Shown: one piece after another, positions 1 through 9,877 of the stretch | Position numbering within the stretch: position 1 is the stretch's first letter | How the letters are laid out: each line of letters opens with the position of its first letter | Origin: Candidatus Dadabacteria bacterium | GTDB taxonomy: Bacteria; Desulfobacterota_D; UBA1144; Nemesobacterales; CSP1-2 | Assembly (NCBI GenBank): GCA_040289575.1 | Contig: PSLL01000015.1 | Location: forward strand, 4,321 to 36,223 | Direction of reading: 5' to 3' | Length of the DNA stretch: 31,903 nucleotides | Program-made: the position numbers and the translations under genes | The notes under the pieces: generated by a model | The model's database searches: none | Seen by the model: the letters and a program-made list of their open reading frames with translations, nothing else | What the model was told of the DNA's origin: nothing

Positions 1-325
1 GCTCAAAAAGGGCTTCCGCCTCTTCTCCACCTCTTCCGAATATAAATGGGTCTCCGCCCTTGAGCCTCGCTACGGTTTTCCCTTCTTTTGCCTTATTGAT
101 GAGAATCCGATTTATAACCTCTTGTGTTAACTCCGTATTGCCCTTTCGCTTCCCCGCATATATTATCTCTGTCCCTTCTTTAGCATATTCAAGGAGCTTA
201 GGGTTTACAAGGTAATCATAGACCACGACATCCGATCTTTCTAAACACTCTTTTCCCTTTATTGTAAGGAGTCCCGGGTCGCCGGGACCGGCACCGATTA
301 GATAAACTTTTCCCTTTTTACTCAT
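1..325 (-). CDS. cobA: Uroporphyrinogen-III C-methyltransferase (CobA, possibly CobA-HemD fusion), N-terminal part, runs off the window
   Basis: Manual translation from ATG at 325: MSKKGKVYLIGAGPGDPGLLTIKG...DVVVYDYLV...ARLKGGDPFIFGRGGEEAEAL. GAGPGDP and RLKGGDPFIFGRGGEE are SUMT signatures. Not in the ORF track. Confidence 0.93.
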   Translation of the reverse strand, partial: MSKKGKVYLIGAGPGDPGLLTIKGKECLERSDVVVYDYLVNPKLLEYAKEGTEIIYAGKRKGNTELTQEVINRILINKAKEGKTVARLKGGDPFIFGRGGEEAEALFE

Positions 326-408
326 TGACTCAATAAAGAAAACCAAACCGTTCTTGGGTTGTCAAGAAAGGGTTTAGACTATGTTTGGCTGGTTTAAAAG
401 AATTTAAC

Positions 409-597
409 TAGAAGTCATATCAAAAATAGTTCGTCATGCTGAGCACTTCACGCGTTCAGTTAAACTCCGCGAAGTATCTTACAGAAAACGTAATAAATGC
501 CGCGAAAAATGAGATTCTTCAGTCGCGGAGTTTACCATGAGTATAACTGAAGAGCTTCTTCAGAATGACAATTGAGTTATTTTTGAGACAGCTTCTA
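409..597. mobile_element. MITE-like nested palindromic element
   Basis: 24-bp imperfect terminal inverted repeats (409-432 / 574-597, 18/24) enclose nested IRs: GTCATGCTGA/TCAGAATGAC, TTCAGTTA/TAACTGAA, TAAACTCCGCGA/TCGCGGAGTTTA (12/12), GAAGTATCT/AGATTCTTC. No ORF. Confidence 0.6.
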
Positions 598-849
598 CTC
601 ACACGGGACATTAAGCGGTGTCCCATATCCGTAGAAGGAAGCACATCTCTCCACATCGGCGCAGCTTATCTTCTTATTTTTTAGAGAAGGGTCCAAATAC
701 TGAAACCCTTCAATACCGACGGGGATATTGGCACATACATTTGGCTGAAACCCATTTGTATCTCTGTTGGCTATATAGCCACCTCCTGCGCATCCGGAGA
801 GGAATATCAACCCAAGAAATATTGGCCCAAATAGAATTATCCTTTTCAT
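595..849 (-). CDS. Small putative lipoprotein of unknown function
   Basis: MKR + hydrophobic stretch + lipobox LSGC; GGAG SD upstream of ATG; four further Cys in the mature part. Confidence 0.7.
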   Translation of the reverse strand: MKRIILFGPIFLGLIFLSGCAGGGYIANRDTNGFQPNVCANIPVGIEGFQYLDPSLKNKKISCADVERCASFYGYGTPLNVPCE

Positions 850-910
850 CTGTTTTCTCCAAAGAAAAGGTGCAAGTTTCTGTATATTGTACCATTTCCA
901 ATTAAAGGTA

Positions 911-2533
911 TTATAAGTTGCTTTTAATCCTTTTCACGGCTCTATGCTCTTGATTCATTCGATCCACCGCTCTTTCACTGGGAACCAAAAAGGCCGATAT
1001 AAATGCGACGAGCGCGATAATAAGCCCAGTGATAAAGACATAATGAAGTGAGTGTGCGAATACTCCTCTTATTGCGTCCAGCGTCTCTTTAGATAGGCTC
1101 TGCCTCTCCATCGGATTTACGAGTATGTCGAGGCTGAGTCCAGAGATGTTTAGACCCGCATTATTTGATAATGACTTAAAGCCCAGATGCATGTAGGCTC
1201 CCATTACTGTGCCCATTACACTTACACCGACCGCGCCTCCGATTGAGCGAAAGAATTGAGTGCCAGAGGTTGCGATACCGAGCCGACTTTTGGGAACCGA
1301 GTTTTGAACGCCCAGAAGCAGGGGAACCAGAATTATTCCCATCCCGCATCCTAGGAATATCATATCACGCGTAGCGATGCTCCGGGTTGTGTCCTCGCTC
1401 CATCGGCTAAGGAGGAAAAATCCAAGGGTTACAACCGCCGTGCCGACGAGTATAAGCGGGCGGTAACCGAAACGGAGGAGAAGCCTTCCGGAGATGCTTG
1501 AGAAAAAGACCCATCCGAGCAGAAGCGGTGTAAGGACGCTTCCCGCTCCGGTTGCATTTGTTCCAATCACCCCCTGTACGAATAATGGAATAAATGAGAT
1601 TGACCCGAACATTGCCATTCCTATTAGGAATCCGGTTATGGCGGAGACCTTGAAAAATCGGTTTGAAAATAGGTCAAGCGGAAGAACTGGGTCTTCTGTT
1701 CTCTTCTCAATAAAGATAAAGAGCCAGAGAAGAAGGAGGCAGAGAACAAACATTCCGGACGCAAGAAGGAGGTTTATACCGTTTTCTTTGCCAATCTCCA
1801 TAAGCCCGAGGAGAAATATGGTAATAAGGGTGGTAAGGACGATTCCTCCTGCGTAATCAAGAGGCACTTTTTTGTTTTTAATCCGTTCCCTTAAAGTGAA
1901 TCCCATTACTATTGCGGCTATAAGACCGAATGGAATGTTCAGATAAAAGACCCACCTCCATGAAAGGCGGTCTGTAATGAATCCACCTATAATAGGGCCT
2001 ACGATGCTTGAGAGTCCCCATATACCCCCAAAAAGCCCCTGTATTTTTGCTCTCTCCTTGAGGGAGAATATCTCCCCTGTAATTATCATTCCGAGTGTAA
2101 GAAGTGCTCCCCCTCCGAATCCTTGGATGGCACGAAATACTATTAGCTCAACCATGGATTTGGATTGACCGGAGAGCGCAGAGCCTAAGAGAAAGAGGGC
2201 TACGCCGAGTATATAGAAGATTCTCCTTCCGTAGATGTCAGAGAGCTTTCCCCAGAGAGGAAGCGTTACAGTGGAGGTAAGAATATACGCAGAAAACACC
2301 CAGCTATATATGCTAATACCCCCCAGGCTTGATACCACTGTGGGCATTGCCGTGCTTACCGCCGTGGCATCAAGGGCTGCAAGGAACATACCTATCATTA
2401 TCCCTATAGTAACAAGAATACGCCGGGTTTGGGAAAGCACTTGGCGTGACTCTATGGGTTTGGCTGCCGAAGGATTTGATACAGACGCATGATGAATCTC
2501 CATTCCTATCCCTTGGACAGATTTCCCTTTCAT
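911..2533 (-). CDS. MFS drug/H+ antiporter, DHA2 (EmrB/QacA-like, 14 TM)
   Basis: Motifs FLAALDATAVSTAMP, GKLSDIYGRR (motif A), FRAIQGFGGG, GPIIGGFI, WRWVFYLNIPFG; many hydrophobic segments; GGAG SD. Confidence 0.92.
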   Translation of the reverse strand: MKGKSVQGIGMEIHHASVSNPSAAKPIESRQVLSQTRRILVTIGIMIGMFLAALDATAVSTAMPTVVSSLGGISIYSWVFSAYILTSTVTLPLWGKLSDIYGRRIFYILGVALFLLGSALSGQSKSMVELIVFRAIQGFGGGALLTLGMIITGEIFSLKERAKIQGLFGGIWGLSSIVGPIIGGFITDRLSWRWVFYLNIPFGLIAAIVMGFTLRERIKNKKVPLDYAGGIVLTTLITIFLLGLMEIGKENGINLLLASGMFVLCLLLLWLFIFIEKRTEDPVLPLDLFSNRFFKVSAITGFLIGMAMFGSISFIPLFVQGVIGTNATGAGSVLTPLLLGWVFFSSISGRLLLRFGYRPLILVGTAVVTLGFFLLSRWSEDTTRSIATRDMIFLGCGMGIILVPLLLGVQNSVPKSRLGIATSGTQFFRSIGGAVGVSVMGTVMGAYMHLGFKSLSNNAGLNISGLSLDILVNPMERQSLSKETLDAIRGVFAHSLHYVFITGLIIALVAFISAFLVPSERAVDRMNQEHRAVKRIKSNL

Positions 2534-2586
2534 CTTCTCTCCTTAAATGGGCAGATTCAAGACCTGATTCCCCTCTTTGTTACAAT

Positions 2587-2613
2587 TAGGGGCACGTCTC
2601 AGCGTGCCCCTAC
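2587..2613. repeat. GTAG-family REP-like palindrome
   Basis: TAGGGGCACG-tctcag-CGTGCCCCTA(C): perfect 10-bp stem, GTAG end on the minus strand. Confidence 0.7.
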
Positions 2614-2720
2614 AATCTTTGTCCATTTTGCGGATTTATCCTGGCTAATAAACGGTGAGCAGGAAACCGCTATATTGTTTCACGGCGCGCTATAAATTAT
2701 ACTCGAATTATACAATTAAC

Positions 2721-2750
2721 TGAAACTTTTTCCTAAAACTCTTAGTTATT
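2721..2750 (+). promoter_or_regulatory. Possible autoregulatory ECF promoter
   Basis: TGAAACTTTT at 2721 resembles the SigW/RpoE-type -35 (AAC motif) about 50 nt upstream of the ECF gene; the -10 (GTTA) is a poor match. Confidence 0.3.
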
Positions 2751-2769
2751 ATTTATAGACCCGAAAAGT

Positions 2770-3363
2770 ATGCAGATGGAAAGCGACATTGAGCTTATGG
2801 AGAGGGTTAGGTCGGGGGATGATACTGCTTTTTCTGAGCTTATGAGGAGGCACTATAGAGGGATAGTCAATTACATATACAGATTTACAAATGATCGGGG
2901 CAGTTCAGAGGATTTGGCGCAGGAGGTCTTCTTGAGGGTTTACCGTTCGGCAAAGAGATACAAACCCGAGGCGAAGTTCTCAACATGGCTATATAAGATT
3001 GCCACCAACCTGTGTCTTACCGAGGTTAAATCAAGAGGGAAGGATCAAAACTTGAGCTTGGATGAGATAGAGGAGAATGCCGGAGACATCGGGGATACAA
3101 AATCGGCGGATGCCTATAATATTACGTTTAGGAGGGAGATCGGAGGCGTCATATTTGAGGCACTGAAGTCTCTTCCCGAAAGGGAGAGGATGGCCATTGT
3201 TCTATGTAAGTATGAAGAACTTCCTTATGAAGAGGTTGCTGAGATTATAGGATGTACGGTTGGAGCGGTAAAGGCCTACGTTCATAGAGGCAGAATGAAA
3301 TTAACCGAAAGGTTGAAATCATATATAAAGGGGGGAGAAAATCATGGGATGCGAAAAGATTAG
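2770..3363 (+). CDS. ECF RNA polymerase sigma-70 factor (RpoE/SigW-like)
   Basis: Region 2 EDLAQEVFLRVY...FSTWLYKIATN; region 4 LPERERMAIVL...YEEVAEIIGCTVGAVKAYVHRGR; 197 aa. Confidence 0.95.
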   Translation: MQMESDIELMERVRSGDDTAFSELMRRHYRGIVNYIYRFTNDRGSSEDLAQEVFLRVYRSAKRYKPEAKFSTWLYKIATNLCLTEVKSRGKDQNLSLDEIEENAGDIGDTKSADAYNITFRREIGGVIFEALKSLPERERMAIVLCKYEELPYEEVAEIIGCTVGAVKAYVHRGRMKLTERLKSYIKGGENHGMRKD

Positions 3364-3835
3364 GGAATTGATTCTCGAATACCCCAATGGGGATTTGACA
3401 CAAATCGAAAATATGGAGGTTGAGGTGCATCTGAGAGAATGCGCCGACTGCAGATCATTTCTTGATGAGTCTCATCGCGTATGGAATCTCATGGATATGT
3501 GGGACGGCGTTGATGTGAATGAAGGTTTTATCACCAAATTCTGGGATAGGGTTTCGCATGAGGATAAAAGGAAAGGCGGGATAATGGAATTTTTTAGGAA
3601 CTGGAAACCCGCATGGGCTTATGCGACGGCCTTAGCCGTTATTGTGATTGTAAGTGTTATTTTGTTTAATTTCTTTGAGTCTGGCAGAACAAACATCGTT
3701 TTTACTGAAAGGGATAGGGCTGATGAGAGGCTTTTAATTGATTTTGACAAGTCCATATCAAAAGAGGGCGGGCAGTCGCTTGATGTTTATGGGCCTTGGG
3801 ATGAACCGATTGAAGAGAATAATAAAGGGGGATAA
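3344..3835 (+). CDS. Zinc-binding (zf-HC2/ZAS) transmembrane anti-sigma factor
   Basis: N-terminal Cys plus HxxxCxxC (HLRECADC), one TM helix, overlaps the sigma gene end. Confidence 0.85.
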   Translation: MGCEKIRELILEYPNGDLTQIENMEVEVHLRECADCRSFLDESHRVWNLMDMWDGVDVNEGFITKFWDRVSHEDKRKGGIMEFFRNWKPAWAYATALAVIVIVSVILFNFFESGRTNIVFTERDRADERLLIDFDKSISKEGGQSLDVYGPWDEPIEENNKGG

Positions 3836-3838
3836 AAA

Positions 3839-4252
3839 TTGAAAAGATCATTAATTTTATTCTTCCTAATAGTTCTTGTGTCTTCTTTTAGCTATGGCAA
3901 TAACGACGATATACAGGGCAAATGGTGGAAGCATCCAAAGATTGCAAAAGAGTTGGGGCTTACCAACGATCAGGTAAATCGTATAGAGGCAATATTTTCT
4001 TCATACAGGCCGCAGATGATAGAGCTTGATTCCAAACTCAAGGAAAAAGAGGTAGAATTGAGAAATACACGTAGAAACCCGAATTCGACTCGGGAAGAGA
4101 TCTCAAGACTAAGTGATGAAGTAGAGGGTATAAGAGGAAATATGCGAAAGATTAGAGTAGATATGCTCCTTCAAATAAGAGATGTTCTTACTCCGGAGCA
4201 GAGAGCCAAGCTAGAAGAGATTAAGTCGAGATATGGGAAAACACGTCACTAA
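3839..4252 (+). CDS. Periplasmic Spy/CpxP/ZraP-like (LTxxQ) protein
   Basis: Signal peptide, WW motif, LGLTNDQ and VLTPEQRAKL repeats flanking a coiled coil; TTG start. Confidence 0.85.
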   Translation: MKRSLILFFLIVLVSSFSYGNNDDIQGKWWKHPKIAKELGLTNDQVNRIEAIFSSYRPQMIELDSKLKEKEVELRNTRRNPNSTREEISRLSDEVEGIRGNMRKIRVDMLLQIRDVLTPEQRAKLEEIKSRYGKTRH

Positions 4253-4261
4253 AAGGTAGGA

Positions 4262-4288
4262 GTAGGGACGAGGCATGCCTCGCTCCTA
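4262..4288. repeat. GTAG-family REP-like palindrome between convergent genes
   Basis: GTAGGGACGAGGCATGCCTCGCTCCTA with perfect 14-nt palindromic core CGAGGCATGCCTCG. Confidence 0.65.
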
Positions 4289-4535
4289 TTTCGCTTCGCT
4301 CAGTATCCTCTCAATCTGCCTTTTAAGCTCCGGTATCTTATTCTTGATAATATCCCAAGAAGTCTTGAGGCAGATTCTTAGTTGCTTCTCCTATGACTTC
4401 AAGAGACCTTATAAAACTCCTTTTAAGGTCTTCATCGCCAATAAACTCTTCATAATACGTGAGCTGGTTGGATTTCTTCTGGAGATACTCTATCTCTTCA
4501 AGGATGTGTTTGAGGAATGGCTCGGCTCTTTTCAA
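4286..4535 (-). pseudogene. HepT-like (DUF86/HEPN) ribonuclease toxin, internally deleted and frameshifted
   Basis: N-half ...RSLEVIGEATKNLPQDF is DUF86-like; the C-terminal tail WDIIKNKIPELKRQIERIL follows immediately in another frame; the segment carrying the Rx4H motif is absent. Confidence 0.85.
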
Positions 4536-4839
4536 TAGTATTCAGCCTCTTTCAACACATAAGGTTTATATATGGACTAATCATTTCACCTGCGAGGAGT
4601 TCTACTCTCTTATCAAATATATTTTCTAGGAATGATTTCAGGTTTTCGTAGTTATCCGTGTATCTGTCAAAATCCTTGCCAAATGCATCTCGTTCAAACT
4701 CAACGAGCAGGTCAATATCACTGTCTTCTCTCTGTTCCCCTCTTACATAAGAACCAAAGAGCGCTATGGATTTCACCTTGTATTTCTTAAAGGTTTCTTT
4801 GTTTTCTATCAAGATTTTCTTAATGTCTTCTTTTTTCAT
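4532..4839 (-). pseudogene. Minimal nucleotidyltransferase (MNT) antitoxin with C-terminal frameshift
   Basis: GSx10DxD motif (LFGSYVRGEQREDSDIDLLV). Adding one A in the run at about 4565-4567 gives ...SPYIKPYVLKEAEYY* whose TGA overlaps the toxin TTG start. The ORF as sequenced ends at 4552 and may still be functional. Confidence 0.75.
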
Positions 4840-5121
4840 ATAAAACTCCTGACTTACAGATTGCAGATTACAGTCTTTGATTTCGGATTAAAGATTAAGT
4901 GCCTTCTGATAAAAGTTAAATCGGTATCTATCTTTATTCTGTTTCTCTAGGACTTAACGAGTCTTTGCATATCCCATTTACCTATGAGTCTTTCTGTTGC
5001 TATTGTCCCACAGAGGATAATCTATTGTCAGGCAATCATCGGTATTTTCAGGCTCCAATCGTTTACAGAAAGGTGAGATTGATTTAGACTTCTATAGGAC
5101 AGGTGATTTTTTGAATTTAAA

Positions 5122-7119
5122 ATGTTTAAATTAAAGACTGATTTTACGCCTAAAGGTGACCAGCCTCAAGCCATATATGAGCTCACGGAGGGAGTGCTCA
5201 GGGGGCTGAGAAGTCAGGTGCTCCTTGGGGTTACGGGAAGCGGTAAGACATTTACAATTGCACATGTAATCGCAAATGCGAGGCGCCCGACTCTTATTAT
5301 TGCACACAATAAAACCCTCGCCGCTCAACTCTACGGAGAACTCAAGGGACTTTTTCCTAAGAACTCCGTCCACTACTTTGTGAGCTACTACGACTACTAT
5401 CAGCCGGAGGCGTACATCCCTGAAACGGATACGTACATTGAAAAAGATGCGTCGATAAATGAGCAAATAGACAGGCTTCGACACGAGGCAACATCTTCTC
5501 TTTTTGAAAGGAAAGACGTAATCATAGTCGCAAGTGTCTCGTGCATATATGGGATAGGCTCGCCCGAGGACTACTACGGAATGCTCACAATTGTTGAAGA
5601 AGGGATGAACTTAAACCGCGATGATATGTTACGAAAACTCGCTCAGGCTCAATATACAAGGAGTAATTTTGATCTCTACAGAGGAGCCTTTCGAGTAAAG
5701 GGCGATGTGGTTGAGGTATTCCCATCTCATGTGGAATCAATTGCGCTGAGAATCGAGTTCTTTGGCGATGTCGTGGAGTCAATAAAGGAGATTGATCCAT
5801 TAAGGGGGAAAACTATTAGAGCTGTCGAGAAAACCATAATCTATCCAAGCACACATTATGTAGCGCCCCGCCAGAAGCTCATTAGGGCCATTAAAGCCAT
5901 CAAAGAAGAATTGAAAGAGAGGATAAAATACTTTGAATCCCGCAAGATGATTATAGAGAGAAGGAGAATCGAAGAGAGGACGAATTATGACATAGAACTC
6001 CTCTCTACAATGGGCTTTTGTCCGGGAATTGAGAACTACTCAAGGCATCTTTCTGGGAGAAATGCCGGAGAGCCACCGTGGACGCTTCTTGATTATTTCC
6101 CTCGGGATTCCCTTTTTATAATAGATGAGAGTCACCAGACAATTCCTCAGCTCCATGGGATGTATCATGGTGATAGGAGCAGAAAGCTCACACTTATTGA
6201 ACATGGATTTAGGCTTCCTTCTGCACTTGATAATCGGCCCCTGAGTTTTTCTGAATTTGAAAAAAGGATAAATCAGGTGATATTTGTGTCTGCTACTCCT
6301 GGGCCCTATGAACTCAAGAATTCAGGTGGTGCTGTAGTTGAACAAATAATCCGTCCTACGGGGCTTACCGATCCGGAGGTTGAGGTAAGATCAGCCGAGA
6401 ATCAGGTGGACGACCTCCTTGAAGAGATAAGAAAGAGGATAGATATTGGAGACAGGGTTCTTATAACGACACTTACAAAACAAATGGCTGAGGACCTGAC
6501 CGAGTATTATAGGGACCTCGGCATAGGGGTTCGGTATCTCCACTCAGACATTGATACGCTTGAGAGAATTAAAATAATAAGGGAACTCAGGCTCCGGAAG
6601 TTTGACGTTCTCATTGGGGTAAATCTCCTGAGAGAGGGGCTTGACATTCCAGAGGTATCTCTCGTTGCTGTTCTTGATGCGGATAAAGAAGGGTTTCTGC
6701 GTTCTGAGGTGTCTCTTATTCAGGTCTTCGGTCGTGCTTCAAGGAACATTCGCGGGAAGGTTATTCTCTACGCCGATAATATCACATCCTCAATGGCGCG
6801 CGCTATTGGTGAGACAAATAGGAGAAGAAGGATTCAGGATGAGTATAACAAGTCTCATGGTATAACCCCTGAGACGATTAAGAAGGGAATAAGTGAGGTA
6901 CTGTCTTCAATCTATGAGACGGATTATTTTACGGTCTCGACAGACGAGGTGAGAGACCTAGAGGTTTCTCCTGAGCGGATACCGGGACTGATTGAAGGGC
7001 TTACAAAAGAGATGAAAGAGGCTGCAAAGAATCTTGAGTTTGAAAGGGCTGCCGAGATTAGGAATAGAATAAAAAGGCTTCGTGAGCTTGAGGTTAAATA
7101 CGTGGGGGAGATTAAATGA
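5122..7119 (+). CDS. uvrB: Excinuclease ABC subunit B
   Basis: PKGDQPQAI, Walker [40 protein letters not shown]-terminal UVR motif [11 protein letters not shown]. Confidence 0.99.
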   Translation: MFKLKTDFTPKGDQPQAIYELTEGVLRGLRSQVLLGVTGSGKTFTIAHVIANARRPTLIIAHNKTLAAQLYGELKGLFPKNSVHYFVSYYDYYQPEAYIPETDTYIEKDASINEQIDRLRHEATSSLFERKDVIIVASVSCIYGIGSPEDYYGMLTIVEEGMNLNRDDMLRKLAQAQYTRSNFDLYRGAFRVKGDVVEVFPSHVESIALRIEFFGDVVESIKEIDPLRGKTIRAVEKTIIYPSTHYVAPRQKLIRAIKAIKEELKERIKYFESRKMIIERRRIEERTNYDIELLSTMGFCPGIENYSRHLSGRNAGEPPWTLLDYFPRDSLFIIDESHQTIPQLHGMYHGDRSRKLTLIEHGFRLPSALDNRPLSFSEFEKRINQVIFVSATPGPYELKNSGGAVVEQIIRPTGLTDPEVEVRSAENQVDDLLEEIRKRIDIGDRVLITTLTKQMAEDLTEYYRDLGIGVRYLHSDIDTLERIKIIRELRLRKFDVLIGVNLLREGLDIPEVSLVAVLDADKEGFLRSEVSLIQVFGRASRNIRGKVILYADNITSSMARAIGETNRRRRIQDEYNKSHGITPETIKKGISEVLSSIYETDYFTVSTDEVRDLEVSPERIPGLIEGLTKEMKEAAKNLEFERAAEIRNRIKRLRELEVKYVGEIK

Positions 7120-9173
7120 GAACGTCCCAGGCGCTCAATCTATTTACACATCTCCTTGTGCTTGTGGGTTTTTTTGCTATATCTATTACGGGACAGGTAG
7201 ATAGGATAAGCATTTCCGTTTTTCTCGGTTCATTAATCTTGAGTTTTATAAATGAGAGGTTTAATAGGGATTATTACCTGGGCCAGAGGGTTATAACTGC
7301 CCTCTCGATTATACTCGTAATATACGTTCTTACCAGTGTAGTTCTCATCGGTGCGGGAGTTTTTGATGAAATTCTGATATTCCTTATATATACACAGGTG
7401 CTAAAACTCCTGGGTCGGAAAGGGATGAGGGATATTATTCAGATATACATACTGAGTTTCTTTCAATTTCTTGCCGGAACCATTCTCACAGTGGATTTCT
7501 CTTACGGGTTGGCGTTTGTTATTTATGTGGCTCTGGCACTTTGGGCAATTATAGCCTTTAATATGAAAAAGGAATCCATCGAAGCCTCAGCCGATGACGA
7601 CCCAAGGGTTGTTACGCCTCTTTTTCTTGGGATTACCGGTGGGGCGAGTTTTGTGATTTTTATATTCACGGCTCTAATCTTTATATCAGTTCCGAGACTG
7701 GGAAGCGGCTTTTTGTCATCGGATTTTATTAAGCCAGAGGCTCTAAGCACCGGGTTTTCAGATGAGGTTAAATTGGGTCAGGTAGGACAGATCAAGCTCG
7801 ATTCATCGCCTGTTATGAGAATAAGAATCCTAAACCGTGATCCGCAGAATATCCCTCAGCCGATCTACTGGCGTGGGATAGCGCTTGATGAATTTGACGG
7901 AACTGTATGGAGGGCGAATAATTTTGATCGTAAGGTATATGTGAAAAATCGCGAAGGAATAATAAAAGTAAAAGAAGAACCCAAAAATAAATCTGTCTAT
8001 CAAGAGGTGATAACCGAGCCGATTGATACATACGTGCTATTTGCGGGTGGTGTTCCTGTGGGGTTTCAAGCAGCGGGGTGGGAAAAGATAGAGAGTGTAA
8101 ATGATTCTTATGTGATTCCCAACAGGGTTTCATATAGATTGAAATACACAGTCTTTTCTGATTTAAGCGTTCCATCCGATAAAGAACTAAGGGAAGATAT
8201 TGGGGATTATCCGGCATTGATACGAAGGCGGTACCTGCAACTCCCAAACCTCAGCAGTAGAATCAAGGAGCTTGCAAGAAAAATTACGTCATTGGATACG
8301 AATGTTTATGATAAGGCTGAATCAATAAAAAGATATCTCATTGAGAATATGAGATACACTATAACGCTCAGGAATGGAACCGCCGGATTTCCGCTTGAGG
8401 ATTTCCTTTTTAAAAACAAGGCTGGGCACTGTGAGTATTTTGCGACGGCTATGGTTGTTCTCCTAAGAGAGATAGGGATTCCGGCAAGGATTGTAAACGG
8501 GTTTCTCGGCGGGGAGTGGAACGATTACGGAAAGTTTTTTTTGGTGCGCGAAAGTAATGCCCACTCATGGGTTGAGGTCTCTTTCCCACATCACGGATGG
8601 GTTCCCTTTGATCCTACTCCGCCAGGCAACGAAGGGCTTTTGTCAAAAGATGAGTTCTCTTTCGTCGCCTCTTATCTGGATTATTTGAAATATAGATGGA
8701 GCAGATACGTTGTGGATTTTGGGCAGAAGGATCAAATTTATCTCCTCTCACAGATTCAGGATAGTTGGAGATGGCAAAAAAATAGGGTGCAAAACAAATT
8801 GGACTTTAATATCAAGGCTAATAGAAAATGGGGTATTGCCGCTATAATTGCGGCAGTCGTCGCGTGGATTTTTTTATCTAAACCGGAGACAAGGCTTTTT
8901 TTCAAATACGTAAGAAAAAGACCGGACGAGAGGGCTTCAATCCTATACAAGAAAGCCCTTGCACTCCTATCGAAAAAGGGTTTTAAGAAATCGGATTTCG
9001 TAGCCCCTCAGGAGTTTGCTGGTAGAGTGATGCGAAGCGGTAGAGCCGGAGCCCGGACGTTTGGAGAATTTACGGAGAAGTATCTCAATCTAAGGTTTGG
9101 GGGTAGTGGGATAAAATCCGAATTTGAAGAATTAGAAAGACTCCTCGATAAGTTAAAAAGAGAAATCAAATAA
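7116..9173 (+). CDS. TgpA-like membrane transglutaminase-domain protein (DUF3488 + transglutaminase core + DUF4129)
   Basis: Multi-TM N-terminus, TGFSDEV and YWRG motifs, catalytic triad contexts [27 protein letters not shown] overlap with the uvrB stop. Confidence 0.9.
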   Translation: MRTSQALNLFTHLLVLVGFFAISITGQVDRISISVFLGSLILSFINERFNRDYYLGQRVITALSIILVIYVLTSVVLIGAGVFDEILIFLIYTQVLKLLGRKGMRDIIQIYILSFFQFLAGTILTVDFSYGLAFVIYVALALWAIIAFNMKKESIEASADDDPRVVTPLFLGITGGASFVIFIFTALIFISVPRLGSGFLSSDFIKPEALSTGFSDEVKLGQVGQIKLDSSPVMRIRILNRDPQNIPQPIYWRGIALDEFDGTVWRANNFDRKVYVKNREGIIKVKEEPKNKSVYQEVITEPIDTYVLFAGGVPVGFQAAGWEKIESVNDSYVIPNRVSYRLKYTVFSDLSVPSDKELREDIGDYPALIRRRYLQLPNLSSRIKELARKITSLDTNVYDKAESIKRYLIENMRYTITLRNGTAGFPLEDFLFKNKAGHCEYFATAMVVLLREIGIPARIVNGFLGGEWNDYGKFFLVRESNAHSWVEVSFPHHGWVPFDPTPPGNEGLLSKDEFSFVASYLDYLKYRWSRYVVDFGQKDQIYLLSQIQDSWRWQKNRVQNKLDFNIKANRKWGIAAIIAAVVAWIFLSKPETRLFFKYVRKRPDERASILYKKALALLSKKGFKKSDFVAPQEFAGRVMRSGRAGARTFGEFTEKYLNLRFGGSGIKSEFEELERLLDKLKREIK

Positions 9174-9226
9174 TCCGTTCTTTTTTGACAGGCTTGGGAT
9201 AGGCCGATCTTCCTTGGCCGCATTTT

Positions 9227-9253
9227 GAGATTCTTTGCTTCGCTCAGGATGAC
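9227..9253. repeat. Half copy of the GAGATTCTT..CGCTCAG.ATGAC REP-like family
   Basis: GAGATTCTTTGCTTCGCTCAGGATGAC; ends match GAGATTCTTC...CAGAATGAC in the 409-597 element; lies between convergent genes. Confidence 0.6.
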
Positions 9254-9291
9254 GCGGAGTGGAATATTTTTTAAATGCAACTACGAACTGT

Positions 9292-9801
9292 CTAGAATGC
9301 AAAAAGGTGAAAGAAGATAGCAGTAATAATCAAAAAGGCTATGAAGCCTAATACAGAGATTAAAACCGCTCTTCCCGTTCTGCAGTCAAGGGCCTGTCGC
9401 ACGGCAACGACAAAGGCTACCAGGACCCAAATAAAGATAATGAACCTTATTATGGCACCGATTACGGGTATAACCCCTAGAATGCTCAGGGCATTTGGAG
9501 AATATGCAAACCCAAGACATCTAAGGAGTTCACCCATGTCAGATGTGTGTTTAAGAATCTTCACGCCTATGAGGAAAATGACAATACTCCAGAGGATCCA
9601 TCCTAGAACTGCCGATATAAGCCCTGCGATTATTCCCTTTGCCCCTAAAACCCCTATACTTCCAATTCCATTGCATACCGCCCCAATTAGCACTACTAAA
9701 AAGGCTTCCTTTGTGGCTTCTGGGTCTTTTTCAACCTCTTCGTAGAGCTGAACATCGAGCTTTGCCGCCCTTATCATCTTGTCGGCTAGATTCATATCCA
9801 T
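9292..9801 (-). CDS. YIP1-family membrane protein
   Basis: RAAKLD..YEEVE.D N-terminus, LRCLGFAYSP, AVRQALD, about 5 TM helices; AGGAGG SD. Confidence 0.75.
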   Translation of the reverse strand: MDMNLADKMIRAAKLDVQLYEEVEKDPEATKEAFLVVLIGAVCNGIGSIGVLGAKGIIAGLISAVLGWILWSIVIFLIGVKILKHTSDMGELLRCLGFAYSPNALSILGVIPVIGAIIRFIIFIWVLVAFVVAVRQALDCRTGRAVLISVLGFIAFLIITAIFFHLFAF

Positions 9802-9877
9802 CTCTCCAACCTCCTTTAATCAGTTGCTCTACCATTATAATACCAATAGCCTACAGAAATTTCCCAATGGATTTGTT

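Noticed and set aside
618..905. ORFs 618..905 (+) and 710..901 (-)
   Set aside because: Overlap the lipoprotein gene, which has an SD and lipobox; no recognisable motifs.
1494..2695. Plus-strand ORFs opposite the MFS gene
   Set aside because: Antisense shadows of a well-supported gene; 2489..2695 also runs through a REP hairpin.
4275..4538. 87-aa hydrophobic ORF on the plus strand
   Set aside because: Antisense to the HEPN relic and starts inside the REP palindrome.
4840..5121. Spacer before uvrB: possible SOS box, small ORF or ACAGATT heptamers
   Set aside because: No LexA box I can recognise, no convincing ORF, and only 2-3 degenerate heptamers.
9008..9280. 90-aa minus-strand ORF containing VILSEAKNL
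   Set aside because: That peptide is the translation of the REP-like repeat; the rest is antisense to the transglutaminase gene.
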